Of a stretch of DNA of 64,000 nucleotides, positions 19,694-27,951 are shown piece after piece. How positions within the stretch are numbered: the stretch's first letter is position 1; the number at the start of each line of letters is the position of its first letter. The notes under the pieces are model-generated. The model ran no database searches. It was not told where the DNA came from and was given only the letters and a program-made list of their open reading frames with translations. The DNA is from an uncultured Candidatus Saccharibacteria bacterium (GTDB taxonomy: Bacteria > Patescibacteriota > UBA1384 > CAILIB01). Made by a program: the position numbers and the translations under genes. Location: the NCBI GenBank assembly GCA_964593885.1, contig CAZQKK010000002.1, positions 157,204-221,203 of the forward strand, given 5' to 3'.

Positions 19694-21004
19694 ATGATGA
19701 ACAGAAGTAGTGGGACACGCAGCAGCTTTACTCCCCAGCACAACCCCGCCGGCCCTGATGGGTTTGCGGTTATTCGCGTAGTTGGTGTAGGTGGCGGTGG
19801 CTCAAACACCGTGCAGCGCATGATAAACTCCAAGATGCGTGGCGTTGAGTTTGTAGCCATCAATACTGATGCTCAGGCTCTCGCTAACAACGATGCCTCT
19901 ATTAAGATCCAGATTGGTAAAGAAACCACCCGCGGTCTTGGCTCTGGTGCAGACCCTGAGGTAGGTCGCCGTTCAGCAGAAGAGAACAAAGAAGACATCT
20001 ACGAGACCCTCAAGGGATCAGACATGGTCTTCGTCACCTGTGGAATGGGTGGAGGAACCGGAACTGGTTCAGCTCCTTTCGTTGCCGAGATTGCCAAAGA
20101 GCTTGGTGCCCTCACCGTAGGTGTAGTTACCAAACCTTTCGCTTTTGAAGGACAGCGCCGCAAGAAGGTTGCAGAGCTTGGTATCCAAGAGCTCAAGGAT
20201 AAGGTTGATACCCTCATTACCATTCCAAACGACAGACTACTCCAGGTTATAGATAAGAAGACCTCACTCTTCGACGCTTTCGGCGTTGTAGATGATGTCC
20301 TTCGCCAAGGTGTCCAGGGTATCTCAGACCTCATTACCCTCCCAGGTATCATCAACCTAGACTTCGCAGACGTTAAGGCAGTAATGCAGGATGCAGGAAG
20401 CGCCCTCATGGGTATCGGCCGCGCATCAGGTGACAACCGCGCCATTGAAGCAGCCAGAGCCGCCATTGAGAGTCCTCTCCTAGAGCTCACCATTGATGGT
20501 GCTAAGGGAATTCTCTTCTCTATTGCCGGTGGAACCGATCTTGGTATGTACGAGATTGACGAAGCAGCCAAGGCTATCACCGAGGCAGCTGACCCAGATG
20601 CCAACATCATCTTTGGAACCATCATCGATGAAGCAATGCAGGGCGAAGTAAAAATCACCGTTGTTGCAACGGGATTTGAGCACGAGACCAACCGTCAGCA
20701 GAACCGCAGGTTCCCATTTGCCAACTCTACCAGCATGGGTCTCCCAGCTCAGCCAGGTATGATGCAGCGCCCAATGCCTCAGGAGCCTCAGCAAGGCTAC
20801 CAGCAGGCCCCACAGCAGCAGATGGAGCAGCCACAGCAGCAAATGCCACCTCAACAGCCTTTCTACGAGCAGCAGCAGCCACGCATGCAGATGCCAAGCT
20901 TTGGCAGGCACCAGCAGCAGGATCCAGCTCCACGAATTGAGCAACCTGAGGAACAGGAAGAGGAACTAGACGTTCCAACCTTCATCAGAAGGAAGCTCAA
21001 GTAG
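19694..21004 (+). CDS. ftsZ: cell division GTPase FtsZ
   Basis: 436 aa. [10 protein letters not shown] and [10 protein letters not shown] tubulin signature. About 90-aa Q/P-rich linker. C-terminal peptide [11 protein letters not shown]. Confidence 0.95.
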   Translation: MMNRSSGTRSSFTPQHNPAGPDGFAVIRVVGVGGGGSNTVQRMINSKMRGVEFVAINTDAQALANNDASIKIQIGKETTRGLGSGADPEVGRRSAEENKEDIYETLKGSDMVFVTCGMGGGTGTGSAPFVAEIAKELGALTVGVVTKPFAFEGQRRKKVAELGIQELKDKVDTLITIPNDRLLQVIDKKTSLFDAFGVVDDVLRQGVQGISDLITLPGIINLDFADVKAVMQDAGSALMGIGRASGDNRAIEAARAAIESPLLELTIDGAKGILFSIAGGTDLGMYEIDEAAKAITEAADPDANIIFGTIIDEAMQGEVKITVVATGFEHETNRQQNRRFPFANSTSMGLPAQPGMMQRPMPQEPQQGYQQAPQQQMEQPQQQMPPQQPFYEQQQPRMQMPSFGRHQQQDPAPRIEQPEEQEEELDVPTFIRRKLK

Positions 21005-21009
21005 CCCAC

Positions 21010-21047
21010 AAAAAAATCACCCCCGGTTACGGAGGTGATTTTTTTAT
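21010..21047. terminator. bidirectional rho-independent terminator
   Basis: atcacccccggttacggaggtgat stem followed by ttttttt, between convergent ftsZ and VanW-like gene. Confidence 0.7.
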
Positions 21048-22033
21048 TTCGCCAAGTCTCTGAAGTTGAGCACCGTATGGCCAGCGGCCTCAAGCTCTTT
21101 CCTGGTGGTCTTGTAGAGTACTGGGGCGAGGTTGCTCACCATGTGCTCTTCGCTCAATACCACACCGTGTTTCACCTTCTCGCGCCAAATCTGGTTGTAG
21201 CGGTAGAAACTACCATTTTTTGCGATGAAGCAGTGGTAGCGTTGTCCAACGTGGTACTTGTGGGTGTGATGGGTAGGGGAGAGGAGCTGACCTTTGAGGT
21301 GAGTATCAGTTACCCACATCGAGAGCTGCATTGGCTGATTGCTCGTATTCTTAATCTTGAGGTCAACAAAGTTGTACATAATGGTTGCACCACTCCCAAA
21401 AGGAAGGGTTCGGCCAGAGTCTGGGAAGACATCCATAGAGTGGTGGTGACGCTCAATCACCTTACAGTCGGTGTGTAGGAAGATCCAGAAGAGGAAGTTA
21501 GCAAGCTGACAGAGCCCACCTCCCATACCCTCAACAACCTTACCCTGTGAAAGGAGCATTCCATTCACGTACCCTCGGGCAGCCGTAGGCTTACCAAGGT
21601 GACGCCAGAGCGAGAATGTCTGACCAGGTTGAATGATGAGCCCATCGAGGGACTTGGCAGCAGTCTTGAGGTTCTGAATCTTCTGCACTTGGAGGCGCTG
21701 ATCAGAATCGCCAAGCTTTCTCACGAGAACAGACTGGTGCCTCGCCACCACAGCCTGAAACTTTTCAGGAGACTTGGTGAGCTTCTCTGTCTTCACGTTC
21801 TTGATTGCCTGCAGCCTTCGCTGGGCACGCCTCACCTCAATAATAGGCACCTTAAACGTGGGGTACTTTGATGAGAGCGCCACTCGCTGTTCAGGAGCTT
21901 CACGCTCGAGGATCTCGGCGTGAATCTTCCTTGCTACATGGAGAGGAACACCACAACCGAGGTTGAGGTCGTTCACCGTAAAGGTCCTGTGGGTAACTGT
22001 AGCTGTCTGAGAAACCGTCTGTGCCTTAGGCAT
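21044..22033 (-). CDS. VanW-family protein
   Basis: 329 aa. GMGGGLCQLANFLFW matches the VanW G-GVCQ-S core. Confidence 0.6.
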   Translation of the reverse strand: MPKAQTVSQTATVTHRTFTVNDLNLGCGVPLHVARKIHAEILEREAPEQRVALSSKYPTFKVPIIEVRRAQRRLQAIKNVKTEKLTKSPEKFQAVVARHQSVLVRKLGDSDQRLQVQKIQNLKTAAKSLDGLIIQPGQTFSLWRHLGKPTAARGYVNGMLLSQGKVVEGMGGGLCQLANFLFWIFLHTDCKVIERHHHSMDVFPDSGRTLPFGSGATIMYNFVDLKIKNTSNQPMQLSMWVTDTHLKGQLLSPTHHTHKYHVGQRYHCFIAKNGSFYRYNQIWREKVKHGVVLSEEHMVSNLAPVLYKTTRKELEAAGHTVLNFRDLAK

Positions 22034-22203
22034 GGTTTGTAGCGCAAGTTAAAATAATGAAGCACCATAGCACGTAAACCTGTAAATGTCAATATCCCTT
22101 ACGGGCACCTACCTACCCAACCAAACACCTACCGAACACAAATAGAATGGATAGTAGCTCTCAAAGCACATATTTTTTTACCTCAAGTGTCGGGGTGTAG
22201 TAT

Positions 22204-22252
22204 CCACAACATGTTGTGGAATAATGGAGAACGTAACTACTAAATGTAGTGT
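22204..22252. promoter_or_regulatory. two candidate NrdR boxes upstream of nrdR
   Basis: Perfect palindrome ccacaacatgttgtgg (22204-22219). Second site ctactaaatgtagtgt (22237-22252) matches 12/16 of the acaCwAtATaTwGtgt consensus. Centres about 34 bp apart. Confidence 0.5.
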
Positions 22253-22693
22253 ATGCAATGCCCAAAGTGTAAACATGCCGAGAGCCAAGTTGTGGACTCC
22301 CGCGAAACGCAAGACGGAATCCGTCGGCGTCGCGCCTGCTTGAGCTGCAAGCACCGTTTTACCACGTATGAGCGCATTGAGCTTCCCACCACCTTCGTTC
22401 TCAAGAAGGACGGATCCCGGGAGCGATTCAATCCAGAGAAGGTACGGCGCGGTGTTGCAACTGCCTGTAAGAATCGCCCCGTTACTGAAGACCAGATTGA
22501 CGATGTGGTGAGCGAAGTTGAGCAGCGTGTCTGTTTCTCCGGGAGAGACGACATTTGCTCACACGACATAGGCGATATTGTCAGAGAAGTTCTCGAAAAA
22601 CTTGATCCTGTAGCGTACGTAAGGTTCGTCTCAGTGTATGAAGGCTTCGAAGACGTCAAAGATTTCGCCAAGACAATTAACACCCTTAGGTAA
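22253..22693 (+). CDS. nrdR: transcriptional repressor NrdR
   Basis: 146 aa. MQCPKCKHAESQVVDSR...CLSCKHRFTTYE zinc ribbon plus ATP-cone. Confidence 0.9.
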   Translation: MQCPKCKHAESQVVDSRETQDGIRRRRACLSCKHRFTTYERIELPTTFVLKKDGSRERFNPEKVRRGVATACKNRPVTEDQIDDVVSEVEQRVCFSGRDDICSHDIGDIVREVLEKLDPVAYVRFVSVYEGFEDVKDFAKTINTLR

Positions 22694-22706
22694 CTTGAGG
22701 AGCGGT

Positions 22707-25682
22707 ATGCCCATAACAAAGATTCGGAAGCGCGACGGCTCAGTGGTTGATTTCAACCGTGACAAGATTCGGATTGCGATGGAAAAGGCGGCACGGGCAA
22801 CCAATCCCGTCATCGACATTCGCCCTTTTGATGTTATTGCAGACCACGCCCTTCGCCACATTGAAATTAAGTTTCAAGATAGGCTTCCAAGCGTAGAAGA
22901 CGTCCAAGACCTCGTGGAGCTCACCCTCATGGAGTACGGGCTCTTTGATATCGCCAAACACTACATCCTCTACCGTGCTGAACGCAGCAAGATGCGTACC
23001 GAGGAGAAACAGGTAGAAGTACCTGAGAAGCACGACCTCACCAAGGTGAGCTACATCACCGAAACTGGTGAGAAAAAGCCCCTCGATAGACGTAAGCTAA
23101 GGTCCCTCTTCTCACACGCCATTAAGGTTACCGGAACCGAGAAAGACATAGACCTTGAGATGCTTGTCCACCAGACCGAGGGTAACCTCTACGACGGCAT
23201 GACCATCATGGAGCTCAACAAGGCCATGACCATGGCTAGCCGTAGCTACATTGAGCGCGATCCCGCCTACAGCAAGGTTTCAGCCTACCTCGTCCTCCAC
23301 AACCTCTACCTAGAGGTATTCGGGGAAGATGCAGAGAAAGGTTACGCCAAGGGTTTCGTTACCAACCTGAAGGCAGCTGTAGACGCCGGCAGAATTGACC
23401 CCCGCCTCCTAGAGTTCAACCTTGATGAGCTGGCCGCCTACCTCAAGCCAGAACGAGACCTTCTCTTTGAGTACATGGGAGTACAGACCCTCTACGATAG
23501 GTACTTCATTAGGGAAGAGGGAGGAAACCGTAAGCTTGAGGCTCCTCAAACCTTCTGGATGCGTATCGCCATGGGACTCTCCATTGCCGAGAACGAGAAC
23601 AAGACTGAATGGGCAAAGAAGTTCTACGACATCCTCTCAGAACTGCGCTACACCCCATCAACCCCAACCCTCTTCCACGCAGGTACCGCTTACCCACAGC
23701 TCTCTTCCTGCTACCTCAACTACGTCACCGACGACCTTTCCAACATCTTCAAGGTCTACGGAGACAACGCCCAGCTCTCCAAGTATTCAGGTGGTATCGG
23801 AACCAGCTGGAGTGCCATCCGTGCCACCGGCTCAATTGTGAAGAGCACCAACCTTGAGAGTCAGGGAGTTATCCCATTCCTCAGGATTGCCAACGACGTC
23901 AACATTGCCATCAACCGCAGCGGAAAGCGCCGGGGAGCTGCCTGTGTCTACCTTGAAACCTGGCACTACGAGATTGAAGACTTCCTAGACCTCCGCAAGA
24001 ACACCGGTGACGAGAGACGTCGCACCCACGACATCAACACCGCCAACTGGGTGCCAGACCTCTTCATGAAGCGCGTCATTGAAGGTAAGAAGTGGACCCT
24101 CTTCAGTCCAGATGAGACTCCAGAGCTCCACAACCTCTACGGCCAGACATTTGAGAAGAAGTACACTGAGTACGAAAAAAAGGCTCACAAGGGAGACATC
24201 CGCATCTGGAAGGAAATTGAGGCTAAGGAACTCTGGCGCAAAATGATCTCCATGCTCTTTGAGACAGGCCACCCTTGGGTTACCTTCAAAGACGCCTGTA
24301 ACGTCAGGAGCCCACAAGACCACGTAGGGGTTATCCACAATTCAAACCTCTGTACCGAGATTACCCTCAACAACTCAATAGATGAGACAGCTGTTTGTAA
24401 CATCGGTTCAATCAACCTCTCAAACCACGTTGAGAACGGAAAGATGGTTCTCCCTAAACTCAAGGAAACCGTCCAGCTTGCCATCCGAATGCTGGACAAC
24501 ACCATCGATCCAAACTTCTACCCAACCGTAGAAACCAGGAATGCCAACCTCCGCCACCGCCCAATTGGCCTCGGACTCATGGGCTTCCAGGATGTGCTCT
24601 ACAAGATGGATATTGATTTTGACTCAGATGAGGCTGTGAAGTTTGCGGATGAAAACATGGAGTACATCTCCTACTGGACCATCCACACCTCGGCTATGCT
24701 CGCCAAGGAAAAGGGTGCCTACTCCACCTTCAAGGGCTCAAAGTGGGACAGGGGAATCTTCCCAGTTGATACCTTGGATCTCCTCGAGAAAGAGCGTGGC
24801 ATGCCTATTGGTGTAGCCAGAACCGCCATGATGGACTGGAGGCCAGTACGTGAGGCGGTGAAGAAGTACGGCATGCGTAACTCCAACACCATGGCAGTTG
24901 CTCCAACCGCAACCATCTCCAACATCAATGGCTGCTTCCCATGTATTGAGCCTATCTACAAGAACCTCTACGTAAAGTCCAACATGAGCGGTGAGTTCAC
25001 CGTAGTGAATGACTACCTCGTCCAAGATCTCAAAAAGTTAGGTCTCTGGAACGAAACCATGCTGGAGTCTCTCAAGGCAAGTGACGGTTCAGTGCAGGAT
25101 ATTACCTCCATCCCGCCACGCCTCAGGAACAAGTACAAGAGCGTCTTTGAAGTTGGCGTAAACTGGCTGGTCAAGATCACCGCCTACCGTGGTAAGTGGA
25201 TTGACCAAGCTCAGTCATTCAACATCTTCTTCCAAGGCACCAGCGGCAAGGCACTCTCAGATGTCTACATGCACGCCTGGCACCTCGGGCTTAAGACCAC
25301 CTACTACCTCAGATCTCTTGGTGCAACCTCAATTGAGAAGAGCACCCTAGACCTCGATAAGTGGAAGGCTCCAGCTGGCACCATCCAGGAAGAGGTTCCT
25401 AGCGTGAGTATCGTCCCAGCTTTTGCAGCTTCTAGTATGGCTGCCTCACCATCTCTCGCTATGGATGTGAGCATGAGCGCCCTCAGCATGGGGAACACCT
25501 TCACCGCAGCACCCGAAACACTTGAAGAACCTATGGCTGAAGTGGTAGCATCAGAAGAAGAGGCTCCAGAAGCCATTTCCGAGGCGCCAAACCCGTACGC
25601 AATAGACATGTCAATCATGGGGGACGAACTCCCAATGAAAGCCTGCCTTGTGGATGACCCTGAGTGCGAGTCCTGCCAGTAG
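22707..25682 (+). CDS. nrdA: class I ribonucleotide reductase large subunit NrdA (with ATP-cone)
   Basis: N-terminal ATP-cone MPITKIRKRDGSVVDFNRDKI. Catalytic NSNLCTEI. C-terminal redox pair CESCQ. Adjacent NrdB implies class I. Start ATG 22707 preferred (GGAG RBS); ORF table start 22638 lies inside nrdR. Confidence 0.85.
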   Translation: MPITKIRKRDGSVVDFNRDKIRIAMEKAARATNPVIDIRPFDVIADHALRHIEIKFQDRLPSVEDVQDLVELTLMEYGLFDIAKHYILYRAERSKMRTEEKQVEVPEKHDLTKVSYITETGEKKPLDRRKLRSLFSHAIKVTGTEKDIDLEMLVHQTEGNLYDGMTIMELNKAMTMASRSYIERDPAYSKVSAYLVLHNLYLEVFGEDAEKGYAKGFVTNLKAAVDAGRIDPRLLEFNLDELAAYLKPERDLLFEYMGVQTLYDRYFIREEGGNRKLEAPQTFWMRIAMGLSIAENENKTEWAKKFYDILSELRYTPSTPTLFHAGTAYPQLSSCYLNYVTDDLSNIFKVYGDNAQLSKYSGGIGTSWSAIRATGSIVKSTNLESQGVIPFLRIANDVNIAINRSGKRRGAACVYLETWHYEIEDFLDLRKNTGDERRRTHDINTANWVPDLFMKRVIEGKKWTLFSPDETPELHNLYGQTFEKKYTEYEKKAHKGDIRIWKEIEAKELWRKMISMLFETGHPWVTFKDACNVRSPQDHVGVIHNSNLCTEITLNNSIDETAVCNIGSINLSNHVENGKMVLPKLKETVQLAIRMLDNTIDPNFYPTVETRNANLRHRPIGLGLMGFQDVLYKMDIDFDSDEAVKFADENMEYISYWTIHTSAMLAKEKGAYSTFKGSKWDRGIFPVDTLDLLEKERGMPIGVARTAMMDWRPVREAVKKYGMRNSNTMAVAPTATISNINGCFPCIEPIYKNLYVKSNMSGEFTVVNDYLVQDLKKLGLWNETMLESLKASDGSVQDITSIPPRLRNKYKSVFEVGVNWLVKITAYRGKWIDQAQSFNIFFQGTSGKALSDVYMHAWHLGLKTTYYLRSLGATSIEKSTLDLDKWKAPAGTIQEEVPSVSIVPAFAASSMAASPSLAMDVSMSALSMGNTFTAAPETLEEPMAEVVASEEEAPEAISEAPNPYAIDMSIMGDELPMKACLVDDPECESCQ

Positions 25683-25730
25683 CTCCTGCACGTTTCCTGC
25701 CAGAAAGATAATTATCTAAGCACAATCCGT

Positions 25731-26792
25731 ATGCCTGAGACATCAGACTACGATGCCTACCTGACCAGCCCTCAGGGGAAGGCCATCGTCCAGAAGAAAA
25801 CCATCCTTAACGCTTCAGGGACCGATCCCAACAAGATCCTCCCGATGAAGTACCACTGGGCGCGCAAGCACTACAAGAACGGTGTTGCCAACAACTGGAC
25901 CCCAGAAGAGATCGCCATGCAGAGCGATATTGAGCTCTGGAAGCACCCACAGGGTCTCTCAGAAGATGAGCGAAGGCTGATCCTCTGGAATATGGGTTTC
26001 TTCTCCACGGCTGAGAGCCTCACGGCAAACAACATCGTGATGTCCATCTACAAGCACGTCACCAACCCAGAGTGCCGCCAGTACCTCCTGCGTCAGGCGT
26101 ACGAGGAAGCAGTACACACCGACACCTTCATCTACTGCTGCGACACCCTAGGGCTTGATCCAGAGCACGTGTACACCATGTACCTCACCATTCCTTCCAT
26201 TAAGGAAAAGGATGACTTTGTGGTTGAGATGACCAAGTCCATCATGGACCCTAACTTCAATACCACCACCAAAGAGGGTATCCAGCAATTCGTCCACGAC
26301 CTCGTAGGCTACTACATCATCATGGAAGGCATCTTCTTCTACGCAGGCTTCGTCATGATGCTCTCATTCGCCCGCCAGAACCGCATGACTGGAGTAGCAG
26401 AGCAGTTCCAGTACATCCTCAGGGACGAATCTATTCACCTGGCTTTTGGCGCAGACCTCACCAACACTATCGTTGATGAGAACCCTGAAATCTGGACCCC
26501 AGAGTTCCAGAAGACCATCACCGAGAACATCAAAAAGTCAGTGGAGCTTGAGTACGCCTACGCCAAAGACTGCCTGCCACGCGGCATCTTGGGGCTCAAC
26601 GCTGAGCAAATCAGGCAGTACATCGAGTACATCGCTGATAGGCGTCTGGAGCGAATCCGCCTACCAAAGGTGTATGGCAGCGCAAACCCATTCCCATGGA
26701 TGAGCGAAATCATCGACCTCAAGAAAGAGAAGAACTTCTTCGAGACCCGTGTTACCGAATACAAGACAGCCGGCAACCTCGATTGGGACTAG
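25731..26792 (+). CDS. nrdB: class I ribonucleotide reductase small subunit NrdB (R2, di-iron/tyrosyl radical)
   Basis: 353 aa. Ferritin-like ligands EEAVHTDTFIY and DESIHLAFG, EGIFFYAGF. Confidence 0.9.
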   Translation: MPETSDYDAYLTSPQGKAIVQKKTILNASGTDPNKILPMKYHWARKHYKNGVANNWTPEEIAMQSDIELWKHPQGLSEDERRLILWNMGFFSTAESLTANNIVMSIYKHVTNPECRQYLLRQAYEEAVHTDTFIYCCDTLGLDPEHVYTMYLTIPSIKEKDDFVVEMTKSIMDPNFNTTTKEGIQQFVHDLVGYYIIMEGIFFYAGFVMMLSFARQNRMTGVAEQFQYILRDESIHLAFGADLTNTIVDENPEIWTPEFQKTITENIKKSVELEYAYAKDCLPRGILGLNAEQIRQYIEYIADRRLERIRLPKVYGSANPFPWMSEIIDLKKEKNFFETRVTEYKTAGNLDWD

Positions 26793-26815
26793 CAAGTAGT
26801 ACATTGCGCATCAAA

Positions 26816-26845
26816 GAAAGAGGGTTGAAAACACCCTCTTTTCTC
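26816..26845 (+). terminator. rho-independent terminator after nrdB
   Basis: agagggt-tgaaaac-accctct followed by ttttc. Confidence 0.6.
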
Positions 26846-26881
26846 GGTGCTACTTTCGCCGTTATTTTCACCCATCTGGCG

Positions 26882-27418
26882 ATGCTACTCTATGTTGGTG
26901 GCAACCCACTTGAGAGCGGAACGCGTTACAGTTTTACGAAAAACTTCCTGAGCGACTTAGGGCTCATTACCACCTACAACCACCACTCACAACCGGGTGT
27001 TGTTGCAAGCTTTGCTATAGGGCTCTGGGCGGCAGCTTTTGCCATCTACCACTGGTACAAGCCAAGCCTCACGCGTTCTGGAAATTGGGCGAAGTGGTTA
27101 TCAGTAGCATGTCTTGGACTCCTACCACTTGTACCTTCAGATGTCTTTTTCTGGCCACACCGAATTTTAGTTATCGCAGCTCTCTTTGGTTTTGCAGCAA
27201 CTAACGCCTCACTCATCTATCGTAGGTACACCTCCTGGTACCTCATCTCTCTCACCTTATTTCAGGTAGCCTACCTAGCCTTCATCTTCTTTGGCCCCAT
27301 GCCAGCAGAAGCAAGGGTAACCCATGTTATCCTCCAAAAGGTTGCAATCTACACGCAGCTCTTTCTCCTGCTCACACCCGTTTTGGCAACAAAAAAACTA
27401 CCGAAGTTCGGTAGTTAG
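26882..27418 (+). CDS. hypothetical integral membrane protein (about 5 TM)
   Basis: Hydrophobic ORF. ATG 26882 preferred over the table start 26696, which overlaps nrdB. Confidence 0.4.
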   Translation: MLLYVGGNPLESGTRYSFTKNFLSDLGLITTYNHHSQPGVVASFAIGLWAAAFAIYHWYKPSLTRSGNWAKWLSVACLGLLPLVPSDVFFWPHRILVIAALFGFAATNASLIYRRYTSWYLISLTLFQVAYLAFIFFGPMPAEARVTHVILQKVAIYTQLFLLLTPVLATKKLPKFGS

Positions 27419-27894
27419 GAGATTTCAACCGGTAGCCTTGCGCCCCCAGAACCCACTTCTGGTTCAAGGGTCATGGGGATGATGAAGTGGAAGCCTGGGT
27501 CTCCACTTACTGCCCGCTCCACCCAAGCTTGGTCTTCCCGCCGAGTGGTAGGAAGATTCACCACTGCGAAGGCCTCCACAACCTTCATGCCTTTTTCACG
27601 GCTGATTCTTTCCCAGCTCGGCAGGAGGTAGACCTCTGCCTCTAGTGTTTTGATAACCTCACTACCAGCTTTCCACTCGTACACCACTGCCCCGAGAGGC
27701 TGTGGCACCTGGTGGGAAATGATACCGTAGACCGACGCAAGCTTGCTAACGGCAGCTTCAACGGAAGTCTCAGGAAGGTGGGGGAGATGCAAACAAGCTT
27801 CAGGGGTGGTTGAGAGCGTTGTCATGAGGACGTGATCGCAGCCTGGATTCCCAGGCGCGAGAGCGACGAAGAAATAAAACCTTTCAGTGCCCAT
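27415..27894 (-). CDS. hypothetical protein
   Basis: 159-aa ORF with TGA/ATG-type overlap to neighbour. No motif I can assign. Confidence 0.3.
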   Translation of the reverse strand: MGTERFYFFVALAPGNPGCDHVLMTTLSTTPEACLHLPHLPETSVEAAVSKLASVYGIISHQVPQPLGAVVYEWKAGSEVIKTLEAEVYLLPSWERISREKGMKVVEAFAVVNLPTTRREDQAWVERAVSGDPGFHFIIPMTLEPEVGSGGARLPVEIS

Positions 27895-27951
27895 GGTTTT
27901 TCACCGGCGTCATGCTAGCATAAAACTACCTCCTTTACTAGTATTTTTGCC

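Noticed and set aside
22707-25682. Possible intein in the unusually long NrdA
   Set aside because: No Cys/Ser-His-Asn splice-junction blocks or homing-endonuclease motifs. The extra length is explained by the ATP-cone and a low-complexity C-terminal tail.
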